This document shows positions 1 through 11,297 of a stretch of DNA of 64,000 nucleotides, piece by piece. Location of the stretch: NCBI GenBank assembly GCA_023920165.1, contig CP089276.1, positions 3,658,001 to 3,722,000 on the forward strand, written 5' to 3'. The notes below the pieces were generated by a model. The model had not been told where the DNA came from. It made no database searches and was given only the letters and a program-made list of their open reading frames with translations. Each line of letters starts with the position of its first letter. Within the stretch, counting starts at the first letter, position 1. Position numbers and translations under genes: made by a program. Origin of the DNA: Curvularia clavata (taxonomy: Eukaryota).

Positions 1-1879
1 GTCGGATCGGATGAAGAATAGTGATCCGGCTTCCGCGTTGCTAAGCCCGACGACGAATCATTACCATCTGTTACATCCGACAATGGAGTCTGGAGAAGAA
101 GTAATATCATTTTGCTTTGGTTTTGGAGGAGAAGAAATGTGTTGCAGCAACAACCGCTGTCCTCATTGGATTGATGTTTTTGTTGATGTTGCGTGCGATG
201 GTAGGTTCCGCTTGAGTGCATATGAGCCGTTTCCTGCTGACATATCGTCGAAGATGATTTACTCCAGCGATTATATCGAATCACAACGGATGTAGTCGGC
301 GGTATGATACAGGCTGGTAGATTGGAAAATAATGAACGAAGAAATGTCACAAATCAGCTGCAGAAAATGCTCTGGTCAGCCACCAAAGCTCATACTACAT
401 ACTGCAATGCGCCCTTTAGTTTGGGAAGGTAAAAGAAGTTCAGAAGTTATTCTTGGAGAGTTATTTGGTTCTACAAAATATCATGGCCAGGGGGTTCAAC
501 ACTGCTAAACATACACCTGTGCTAAACCGGTTTACATATGCACTCACCTGACATCCAGGTAACAGTAGCCAAGAACCATTGAATGAACCCAGTGCCAGCT
601 ATCCAAACACACCTACCACGCTTCTGGAATCTGCCTCAAGCTGTACAATCATCACGCGTGGCCTTGGCACTCTGGGCATCAGGTCCAATGCGGAAACGTA
701 AGATCCAACACCACAGCGGCAGAACTTGGCGCTTAATGTAGCCTTACGACGATCGAAGCACGAACCAAGGAGCGTCCGTTCAAGGGACTTTCAATATGGT
801 AAACCTGGCACTTGGGTATCGTTGGTGGACCCTAGGGCGCATGCAGGTGCGCATATAGTCGGGTACCTCGATCTAACATCTAGAGTAGACTTTACAACTA
901 GACACTTCTTCAGTTTGAATACAAGCTTTTTGAAAAGGCTATTATCTATTTCGTATCAAGAAAGGACATCCCTCGTTGGCACAAAACTTGTTTAACAGGA
1001 AGTGCCTCAAGGCTGATCGTGCTAACATTGACTGCGGTCATGGCTTGAGGTCCAAGGCAGATTTTTTAAGCCGACCCTTTCCACTGTTATCTTATCAAGT
1101 ACTTGATACTAGCATACGCCACACTATTATTCTCTTAGCAGCGTGCCGCGATCTTGAGCGACGTTTTGGGGATTCTGGATGGATCTTGGGCGACGTTCTG
1201 GGATCCTTGGCACCTACCACTGCCTCCTAACTACCTACTTAGTACTGCTAGTATCGATAAAAGACCAAGAACATCACATTCCTCCCTCACATCTCACTTC
1301 ATCTTACTCCACAGCCTTCTCTCAATCATTTGCCCTCCAATCGCAATGATTCATCCAAGCGAAACCAGCGATACAAGCCCTTGGCGCAAAGCGCCGTCTA
1401 CCCGACCCTGGCTGGCCCAGTCGGGAGTCGGCACGCGCCTTTGCTTGTAAACTTCCCAGCGCGCCGTAGTTGCCAACGTTCGCCAACGAAACCAAGGCCT
1501 GGGACTTCTTGTGTGGGTGTTGGAAAAGGAGTCGCTTCGTACTAGACTTGCACTCATGTCCGAGACTTGGTACTGTGTGGAGCGAATCAGCAGCCGGCGT
1601 AAGAGATGGGGCGCTTTTTGGGATTGGTTAGGGAGGTCCAAGAACAGAGACGGTGCGAGAGCACGGGAGCCACTATGAAGTATTGGGGGCACAGTTGTTA
1701 TCTCTTGGTTGCCTTGCCACGAGATGATGTGCGGAGTAGCCGAGCGGTGGAGATGGCTGTATAAGATGTCCATGTAGCACGCGAGCGATGCAAGGTCCCG
1801 CGTAACTGTTGCTTTTTACCTCTTGCTTGGGAACAAAAGAGTTGTTGATTCTTCGTACTCTTCCTCCTTATTGCCTGCC

Positions 1880-3441
1880 ATGGGGGATCTCGACACCAAG
1901 ACGGGCGAGGTCGAGCGTGCTACGAGCAGCAACAGTTCGCCTTCGGAGAATGTCATGCCGACGCCTACTGTTGCGGTCGAGGAGAAGAAGACGTTTTGGC
2001 AGAGGGTGAAGACGCCTGGGTCGGTATGGCAAATCATAATTGCGGCCATCTTAGCTATTGCCATCGGTCTCGCCGTTACGACCACCGTCGACGAAGTACC
2101 TGAAGCTGCAATTGTGCTTCTGGCGGTCCCGGGAAACCTTTGGTTGCGCGCCTTGAGGGCAGTTGGTATGTATTATCGTATCTCCATGATTCTGTCCTAT
2201 GAGCTAACAGACACAGTACTTCCTATGATTGTAACTGCCATGATCATGGCTGTCCAGCGCCTGCGGAATATGACTCAAGGAGGTGGTGCGGCCGGGAAGC
2301 TCGCTCGCTGGACCGTGGGCTACTACGTCCTCACCACTATTCTCGCCGTTGCGCATTCAGCTCTGCTAGTCGGCCTCGTTTGGAGCAAGCTGTTCAACGT
2401 TGTATCCGGTAGTGCACTGGAAGTTTCCGAAGAAGACCAGGAGGTCATTGACGAGAGGAAGGATACCGCAATCCACGATGTCGTCGTTGAAATGTTCTAT
2501 TCTCTCGTTCCTAACAACATTGTCAATGCATTGGCTACGGACGCCCTCCTCTCGGTGCTCATCACAGCCATCGTCCTCGGATACGTTATCAAGCCGGGCG
2601 GCGCCCTGTATCGAGCGGTTGAGGAAGTCGAGGCCATCATCCTTCGAGTCATTACTGTCTTGATTTACTTCGCGCCAATCGGTGTCTTCTTCCTCATCAT
2701 GCCTAATCTCTTCCGTCTCGACATTGCTGAGATCGGTGCGAACTTGGGTATACTCATCGGAGGAACATTGTGCGGCATGTTCATTCACCTCTTTATCTTA
2801 ATTCCTCTCATCTTCTTCGTCTTTACCAGGAATAACCCATATACATTCTGGTTCAAGATGAGCCCTTCATGGATCACCGCCTGGGGTACGGCGTCAAGCG
2901 CCGCCACCCTGCCCGTAACTATGCGCTGCGTATTGAAACAGGGCATTCCTGTTACAGGTGAGTTTTCATGTCTATTTTGTTGCAGAGGCTCTTGCTAAGT
3001 CTTATAGTGGCCAAATTCACGGTTCCACTTGGTTGCTTGATCAACATGGACGGTACTGCGATTTACTTCCCAATTGTCGTCGTCTTCCTGGCCGCTACCC
3101 AGGGCATCACCTTGAACGCTGCAGACTACATTATAATCATTCTGCTCTCGACCCTCGCTTCGATTGGAACTACGCCCATTCCAAGTTCCAGTCTGGTTCT
3201 TGTCGTTATGATTGCCACCAGCGTCGGCGTACCCATCACTGGAATGTATGCTGTCGTTATTGCCATTGATTGGTTTCTAGACCGCTTCAGGACGGCTGTG
3301 AATGTGAGCTGCGACACTTTTGCAGCCAAGATTGTTACCAAGATTACAAAGATCAAGGATGAAGAGGGCGTGACATACGAGGAGGCCGAGAATGTTGATC
3401 CAAACGCATTGGGACGTCGGGAAGACGAATCTAAAGTTTAG
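1880..3441 (+). CDS. Dicarboxylate/amino acid:cation symporter (DAACS/SDF, EAAT/GltPh family); exons 1880-2165, 2217-2957, 3008-3441 (486 aa)
   Basis: Multiple hydrophobic helices. Family motifs TASSAATLP (HP1), NMDGT (TM7) and DWFLDRFRTAVNV (TM8). Introns 2166-2216 (GTATGT..CTAAC..CAG) and 2958-3007 (GTGAGT..CTAAG..TAG) join the ORFs in frame. Confidence 0.93.
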
Positions 3442-3753
3442 AACTAACTATTCAATCTGATTGGGCTTTTCAGTCTAACTCCTTGTATGCGGGGTTTCTT
3501 AGGAGCAGTTAGACGACACAAACGCCGTCCGTTTCGCTGACGCTGAAATGATATTTTTTTACCTGGGTGAAGCCGAACAAAGCTATTAATCGTGCCTATT
3601 AGAGTACTCGTGCAAGGACACAGTTTTGATTGTTGAACAGAATGATTCAGAAAACTTTTTATGGGTATCAACTACGCAATGCGCTAAGAACTAGTCAGGC
3701 TACGGATATTAGGGGTTGGAAAAGTGAACGCATGCTCCTGTCGAGCAAGAGGG

Positions 3754-5011
3754 TTACTCTGAGTCTTCACCTCCACTATCCTCACTCTTGTCGCCGTCAT
3801 CATCGTCGCCTGAGTCAACTTCCGCATCATCATCGTCGTCATCATCGTCATGGTCCTCCTCAGGCCCGTCTTCTTCCTCACTATCGTCCTCCAGTACAAC
3901 CTTTGGCTGTGGTACTGGTCTAGCAGCAGCTCTGCGGCTTGGCCGTCCAGTAGCTGTGACGTCGTTTGTCTTTCCCCACGCTAGCTCGCCCTCTTTGATA
4001 GCCTCGAGGTCCTTTTCAAACTCTCTTTTCTCTTTGATCTTGGCTGCCTTTTCATTGGAATACTTGCCGTCCATGCCGACATCTTTCAACCAGCCTTTAA
4101 GAATGCGTATCTTTTCTTTGGGTGTGTCGCACTTTGAGAGTTCGGGGTCGCGTGCCCAGACTTTGCGGATGCCGCATTTGACCAGCCAACCTTGAAGGCG
4201 CTTAACCTCTGCAGTGTCGGGGTCGTCTTCGGCCTTGGACTTTGGTGCTGCCCTTGGTTTTGCTGGAGCCTTTTCCTTCTTGGTCTTTGCTGCCGGGGCC
4301 TTTTTCTTCTTCTTAACGGGCTCCTCATCTATGACGCTTGAGAGGTCGCTATCCGACATGTCTCCCTTTGTATCTGACGCCTTAGGGGGCGCTGTCTCCG
4401 CGTCGCTCTCGTCTTCAGCAGGGGCGCCGGGCCTTGATGATGGTTCTGGTGGCTCGTCATCTGAGTCCTCTGCAACAACTTTTTTACCACGGCGCGCTGG
4501 CTTCTTTGGCGGCTCGCTTTCGGCGTCTGATATTTCAGCAGGCGGTTCCGAGAGGTCGGCCTCGGACTCTTCAGACTCGGTCTTCGCACGCTTCTTTGCC
4601 TTTTTCGCGGGCGCAGCAGCTTTCCGTTTCACACCACGAGAGCTCTCTGCAGCTTTGGCTTTCTTTTCTGCAGGCTTCGCTTTGGGCTTGGGTGCAGCCT
4701 TCTTTGGAGTGGGTTGCGGCGAGGGCTCATCACTACAGAACTTGTCCTATTTGCGTCTTAGATGGGTGCATGGAGACGGCATTGCTGGTACCGACCACTG
4801 CGTCTACAATTGCCTTCTGCGACTTGTCCTTCCAGCTCGCGTCGCTCTTGAAGAAGCCCTCGTCGAGGCCCAGCTCCTTCTCGGCGCGCGCCCGAACGCG
4901 TTTGACAGTCAAGTCGTCTGTGTTGCCAGACTTGTGAATTGCAATGACAATGTCGCGTAGCTTGCTGGTAATTGCTGCCTCGGACGGCATTTCACTCTCT
5001 GGATCAGACAT
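3754..5011 (-). CDS. HIRIP3-like charged nuclear protein, possible histone chaperone; exons 5011-4796, 4746-3754
   Basis: N-terminal LTVKRVRARAEKELGL helical module, K/A/E/D low-complexity linker, EVKRLQGWLVKCGIRKVW domain and acidic tail. The 49-nt intron 4747-4795 joins two ORFs in frame. Confidence 0.7.
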
Positions 5012-5835
5012 GGCGGGCGGCGTGGTGGTGATGTTGAGTGATCGACGATGGTACGCGACGGGCGCGGCAGCATGGCGGTGCTAGGCTGAGCCGTCACTAG
5101 TGGGACGGGGCTGGCACGTGACAGGGTGGAGACATGGAATTGTGAATTGGCATCAAGCTGCCCCGCGGCGAGCCAGCCGCTGCAATCGACGAGCCACTAA
5201 ACGTCGCAATACGCGATCGTAGGTTGTAGTAGACACAATTCTTGCAATTCTTGCCCGTGATGCGTTCGGTGGTCTCGCATATTTGCTTTTTGCAATGAAG
5301 AAGCGGCAGTCCGCGTCCTGGGGCGCCGTTACCCGGGACTGCACGCTGTGCGAGAAGGGCCCCGCGCACGCGTTGGGCAGCTCCACGGCCGACGTCACAA
5401 GCAATCGCAGGTTTCAACAATCCCACGCTGCCTGAGCTCGCCATCCTTGGACATCGCCCATTGCTCAGCGCCCACACCGCCCGCCAGCCCTAGTCTCTTC
5501 CAACTTTAGCCCTTGTCCCAGCCGCTGCATCAGGCCCCGTCGCCCGCCATCTCTCGGTAGCTACTACTAGCTAGGCAGAGCTCGGAACCTACGAGAACCC
5601 ACTTGCACCTCAGCGGGCCCTGGTCTATTATCATTCTTTCGTCACCCAGCATCGCCGTTGAAAAACACGATTCCCTCCCCTCTCCCGCCATCGTGACACG
5701 CCTGCCGACACGGTCGCTGCTGATCTCGCCTGATCATTCGCGCCGCAAATAAAATTCCGGCTTCAGCAACTCGACGACTCGGCCCCTCCATCACTCCACT
5801 AACCCCCATACAGCTCCTGTGCAAACTCCGCAGAC

Positions 5836-7518
5836 ATGCCTGACGAACCCACAACATTCGTAAGGCCAGAGGCCTCGGAAGGACGCCTGCTGCTCGTGTC
5901 AAATCGTCTGCCCATCACCATCAAGCGCTCCGATGAGGGCAAGTACGACATGTCCATGTCCTCTGGTGGACTCGTCAGTGGTCTGAGCGGATTGGCAAAG
6001 ACGACGACTTTCCAGTGGTATGGCTGGCCTGGATTGGAGGTGCCAGAAGACGAAACAAAGGACCTGAACGACCAGCTCAAGAAGAAGTACAACGCCGTAC
6101 CCGTCATGCTCGACGATGAGCTTGCCGACAGGCACTACAACGGCTTCTCAAGTGAGAACCCCTCGCCGGGCAGCATCTTTGGCAAGACTGACCAAGCGCA
6201 GACGAGATTATGTGGCCGCTCTTCCACTACCACCCCGGTGAGATTACCTTCGACGAGTCCGCCTGGCACGCATACACCCAAGCCAACCGTCTGTTTGCCA
6301 AGGCCGTCGCAAAGGACGTACAGGACAACGACATGGTTTGGGTGCACGATTACCACCTGATGCTCATGCCTTCTATGCTGCGAGAAGAGCTTGGTGACAC
6401 AAAGAAGAACGTCAAGATTGGCTTCTTCCTGCACACACCCTTCCCCAGCTCCGAGATCTACCGAATCTTGCCTGTCCGAAACGAAATCCTACTCGGCGTC
6501 CTCCACTGCGACCTTATTGGTTTCCACACCTACGACTACGCCCGCCACTTCCTGAGCAGTTGCTCTCGCATTCTGTATGTTTCTCTCTTTCCAGAAGTTC
6601 TGCAATTGCACTAACACGCCGCAGTGGCCTGGCTACAACACCAAACGGAGTCGAGTTCCAAGGCAAGGTTGTGACTGTGGGCGCTTTCCCTATCGGTATC
6701 GATCCCGAAAAGTTCGACGAGGGTCTCCAGAAGCCCAAGGTGCAGGAGCGGATAGCGGCCCTTGAGAAGAAGTTCCAAGGCGTCAAGCTCATTGTTGGTG
6801 TCGATCGTCTTGACTACATCAAGGGTGTACCACAGAAGCTACATGCCCTCGAGGTATTCCTTACCGAGCACCCCGAATGGATTGGCAAGGTGGTACTTGT
6901 CCAAGTCGCCGTTCCTTCCCGACAAGACGTCGAAGAGTACCAGAACCTGAGAGCTGTTGTCAACGAGCTCGTTGGCCGCATCAACGGCAAGTTCGGTACA
7001 ATTGAGTTCATGCCTATTCATTTCATGCACAAGTCCGTCTCCTTTGACGAGCTTATCGCACTCTACGCCGTCTCCGATGTCTGTCTTGTTTCGTCGACGC
7101 GCGATGGTATGAATCTGGTATCGTATGAGTACATCGCAACACAAGAGAAGCGACACGGTGTCATGATTCTCTCCGAGTTCACTGGTGCCGCCCAGAGCTT
7201 GAACGGCAGTCTTATTGTCAACCCATGGAACACTGAGGAGCTGGCGGATGCTATCCACGACGCAGTCACAATGGGCGACGAGCAGCGCAGTCTCAACTAC
7301 CAGAAACTATCAAAATACGTCCGCAAATACACCAGGTTAGTCTTCCAGCCAATTCACATTAACTTGATCTAACCACGCGCAGTGCATGGTGGGGCGAGTC
7401 CTTCGTCACGGAGCTTAGAAGGATCTCGGAGGCTCCAGACCGCAAGGTGCACTTTGCCAACGTCAGTGGTGCGGGATCTCAAGACGGTGCAAAGACTGGT
7501 GCAGAGAAGACTAATTAG
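5836..7518 (+). CDS. TPS1: Alpha,alpha-trehalose-phosphate synthase (GT20); exons 5836-6151, 6202-6574, 6625-7335, 7383-7518; possible alternative end at 7590
   Basis: Motifs LLLVSNRLP, SSGGLVSGL, WVHDYHLM, GFFLHTPFPSSE, GVDRLDYIKG and DGMNLVSYEY. Three canonical introns restore a 511-aa frame. Confidence 0.97.
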
Positions 7519-8115
7519 CTCCCAATCCGCTCGGAGGCCGATGTCAAGGACAAGGAATCAGATCCCGCTGCTGCTGCCAATGCTCAATGAGACACTGACA
7601 GAACCTTGACGTGGCTTATGCTTTGACGATTACGAATTTCATGTGAGGGAAAAACGGCGCGATGGAAACTGCTTGGATTAGGCAGAGGCGAGGGGTTCCG
7701 TTCTTGCAGTACATGCTCAAGCTAGACTCTTTATACCTAGACGCTGTAGCGGATTACATGACTACAGCAACGAATTTATACCCCCTTCTGCGGAAGATAT
7801 CATGTTTTTTTTTCTGGATTGTCTTTATCATACCCGGACCGCCTCGCGGCAGTATGTGGTACAGTGTAACGGTAAAGGGCCTATCACCTCGTTACCTAGG
7901 TAATACCGTAGTGAGTGCCAGGCCACGTGCTTGGCGGGTGAGTGTAACTACGACAACGTCTGGACGCAAACGGATCTGGCAGTCACCTCGAGGGTCGAGC
8001 ACGATAAGTCAATTGATTCGTTTCTACACTCTACATCTACTCACGCTGCCATCAACTCCTTACCAATCTACCCTACCAAAGCAACGATATCACGCAACAT
8101 AAAAACCAACACTCA

Positions 8116-8733
8116 ATGGCAACCATGCATCTCCTCGCCCTCAGTCTTAGCAACTTCATTCTTAGCCTCAAACTTCTCGCTCTCCTCACGTCTCCCGCCC
8201 TCAGTGGCACCCTCGAGCGTCTCGCCCACCTCCCCACCTGCGACCTCTCACTCGCCGGGACCACTCTCTGCGGTGGGGGCCCTAGCTACACCAACGACAT
8301 CTTCCAATGCACTGCCAACTCGACCTGGACCCTCAAGCATACCTGCACCTCCGCCAACGCGCCCTGTTCCAACGGCTCCTGCAACCCCCTCTCCACGCCC
8401 TGCAGCTCAGGGGCCACCAAATGCGCGACACTACGTTCCCATGGGTACCAAAGAATTGCCATCTGCCGGAATGGCAAATGGGACATGGACCAGGAGTGTG
8501 CGTGCGGTGAGATCCACGGCGAAGTCAAGTGTGTGGGTCCGAAGTTGACGGGGATGGTAACGGGGCACGAGGGATGTAGGGTAGGCGAGTTGAAGTGTCT
8601 GGCGGAGAATAGTCAGGGCAGGGATAGTGCCGTGTACAGGTGTAATGAGCAGGGGATGTGGAGGGTCATCATGGATTGTGCGAGTTGGGAGAGGTGTGTG
8701 GAGGGACCGGTGCCGCATTGTACGTGGGCTTGA
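8116..8733 (+). CDS. Small secreted cysteine-rich protein (205 aa, 18 Cys in three 6-Cys modules)
   Basis: Hydrophobic N-terminus ending PALS/G, good start context (CACTCAATGG), regular Cys/Trp spacing, intronless ORF. Confidence 0.75.
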   Translation: MATMHLLALSLSNFILSLKLLALLTSPALSGTLERLAHLPTCDLSLAGTTLCGGGPSYTNDIFQCTANSTWTLKHTCTSANAPCSNGSCNPLSTPCSSGATKCATLRSHGYQRIAICRNGKWDMDQECACGEIHGEVKCVGPKLTGMVTGHEGCRVGELKCLAENSQGRDSAVYRCNEQGMWRVIMDCASWERCVEGPVPHCTWA

Positions 8734-9215
8734 GAAGGTGTACTAGAGTAAGGGAAGGGGAAAGTGTGTGTGCAGAGGGTCGCGTTAAAGAGGGGGTCGG
8801 ATATTCTGAGGTGGGATAGGGAACTATGAGACATATGGGTATTAAGTGATATCAATCGATACGAGATGAGGTTAAGCCTTATGGGCTTACAGTGCTTCTC
8901 AATCTCAAACTTGTGTGCCCTTTTTCTAAAGCGTATAGGGAGTTTACTTTTCTTCTCCTTTGCAACTGTTTTCATGTGCCTCAGCAAGTTCACAAAATAT
9001 GTATAATTTCACATCCAATCCCCTATCCACTGACACCATACTACCAACACACTAACTATATAGCTCGCTAGTTAGCTCAAGAATCATCCAATCAATTCGA
9101 ATATTTTACTCAATCCATGGCACAGAAACATTTTCACATCATCACCATCGTTGTATTTACAAGCTCTAGCCTCCTTCCACCCCTTATTTACCTCACCAGT
9201 CATCACTCATAATAT

Positions 9216-10651
9216 TTACATGTTCTTAAGCAGATAGCTCAATCCCGCCCACATCTCCTCGCCACTGGGCAGAATCTGCTCCTTGGGCAACACAAAGCCA
9301 TATGTACCCGTGTCCCTCAGCTCAACCGTCATACTGTACGTAGCCTTCGCAACCTCAAACGCATAATCGACACTGTCGCCGCTGACCTGGTAGATGGTGT
9401 TGCAAATAGGGCCGCCAGTGAAAGTGGTGCCGTGGACGGCCTTGATGGCGGCAATGGCGCCCTTGGTCAGCGACGAATACTTGGCTGAGTTGGGGACGGT
9501 GCCAGAGCATGTGTAGCCGTAGGGGTACATCCAGAGTTGGCTGTAGGAGTGGATGTCCATGTAGAGTTGGACACCCTTTCCAGCGGCGATGCTGTCGAGT
9601 TGCGCCTTGAGGGCTTTGGTCTCGACACCGTCGCCGGCAGAGGGGCCCTTGTAGTCGTCGGCGCAGGGGGAGGTGGAGGCGCCGCCACGTTGGTCCCAGT
9701 GCGAGGGCCAGTTGCCTGATTGGGAGTGTTAGTTTTGCACTCTTATCTTTTTTTTTTGGGCTCACGCCGGAAAATAGAATAACTTACGGTTGATATCGCG
9801 GCCAACGCACGAGGCGCTGGGAGTAGTTTGACGGTTCTTGCGCCACATGCGATCGGTCGACTGGGTGTAGGCAAAACCGTCAGGGTTCACAATGGGGAAA
9901 ATGTAAAAGTCGTAGTTGTCCTTGAACGCGGCGGTGGTGGCATCAGTCGCGGTAAGGAGCTGGTAAGCTGCATACTCGACAACCTGTGAATGTTAGACCA
10001 ATAGTCCTAGAATGCTTTGATAGACTGATTTTACCATTGTGGTAATCCATTCTCGTGCGTGCACTGTACCGTGCCAGACGACACCCTTCTTGGATCCCTT
10101 ACCACCACTGCCCCAGATATGGATACCCTTGATGTCTCGGCCCTCGACAGACTTGCCTGCCGAAATAACCTCAGCATTGTTTGGGTAGGCAGCCGCAAGG
10201 TCGGTGATCCATTGCATGTGATCAGCAATTGTGTGATATGAGTTGAACCACGACGCATTTGGTGCAAGTCCGGCTGACGGGTAGAGTTAGCGGCACAACC
10301 CATGTCACCTTACTATAGAGGGGTTACAATACCGGCATATACACTGAAACTCTGCTCGTTCGCGATAGATGCGCCAAGGTTGTCATGCATGAGCTTTGTT
10401 TCGAAACTTTGGGTAGAAGCCTCAAAGTCCTTGACAGCTGACGGTGGCACCATCAGGTCAACGACGTCGCTGGACTCTGGCTTGCCCTTCCAGAGCTCGA
10501 GTTGGAGCTTGGTCATGACATCTTGGAGCTTAGCAGCATCGGAGCCGACATTGACGCGGAAGACTTTCCAGTCGTCGTAGCTGACTTTCTTTGCGACGGT
10601 GGCTGCGGACGCAAGGCCTAGAGAGGCCAGGGTGACGCCGAGGAGCTTCAT
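9216..10651 (-). CDS. Secreted zinc metallocarboxypeptidase A (M14A) with signal and pro-peptide; exons 10651-10333, 10273-10035, 9983-9788, 9715-9216 (417 aa)
   Basis: Signal [16 protein letters not shown]. Zn/catalytic motifs HAREW, NPDGF, RMWRKNR, DINRNW, DIHSYSQ and VELRD. Three canonical introns. Confidence 0.95.
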
Positions 10652-10728
10652 GGCTGCAGAAGGGACAAGAGAAGCAGATGAGGGAGAAGCGTGGCCAGAG
10701 AAGACATTTTCGAGACCGGCTGCCTCTA

Positions 10729-10737
10729 CTATATAAA
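10729..10737 (-). promoter_or_regulatory. Candidate TATA box of the carboxypeptidase gene
   Basis: TTTATATAG on the minus strand ~80 nt upstream of the ATG, followed by a pyrimidine-rich leader. Confidence 0.45.
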
Positions 10738-11297
10738 CCTCTGTAAAAAGAAGCCTGCAGTCCAAGAGTCCCGTCCTGCAATAAGAGAGCTTGATTGAAC
10801 GATAGGGCCTCGGCAACCTACCATTTTACACCTGCCCAACTAGCCCTAACGTGTAGCGGGGCGACAACCTTGCTCAGGAAGCTGTTTCCATGATATTGGT
10901 AGAGCTTGAAACGATGAGCAGATGTTTAATATGGCACTGCAAGATAAGCCTGCCAGAGGGTCAAGCCTTATGCGCCTAGATGGTGATCCGCAGGGAGCGT
11001 GGACTTGGCAGCCATTCAACTGCCAAAACTGGTAAGCGTGTCTAGGGCCCATGCCTCCAACGTACGAATGACTTTGGCGGACAGTGTATGCATGGCCAGC
11101 TGCGGGAGTGCTGGGGATGCGATTGGTGACATATCGGCCTACCGCACGCGACCTTCCCCATTGGCGTTGGAGTTACCGAATGTGGCCGTAAGATCAATGT
11201 GTCGAAGAAGCAAACCGGATAAACTAAGGACACGAAGAGATGGTTGAAGAAAGTAGTGTCTATAGTGTGCAGCTGACAGTGTAAAAGACGCAGTGGT

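Noticed and set aside
1..221. Minus-strand frame open from ATG 221 to the window edge (MHSSGTYHRTQHQQK..)
   Set aside because: No recognisable motif and truncated by the window; cannot be told apart from chance.
2166..2216. In-frame, stop-free 51-nt segment read through by the ORF track in the DAACS gene
   Set aside because: Canonical GTATGT/GCTAAC/CAG signals; removing it restores the conserved LRAVVLP helix, so it is treated as an ordinary intron.
3788..4960. Long antisense ORFs (135-248 aa), with similar ones opposite Doa10, She10-like, sconB and Atg17
   Set aside because: Shadow frames of GC-rich, codon-biased genes.
5677..5787. Two CCCCT (STRE-like) motifs before TPS1
   Set aside because: They lie in a C-rich probable 5' UTR; 5-mers are expected by chance.
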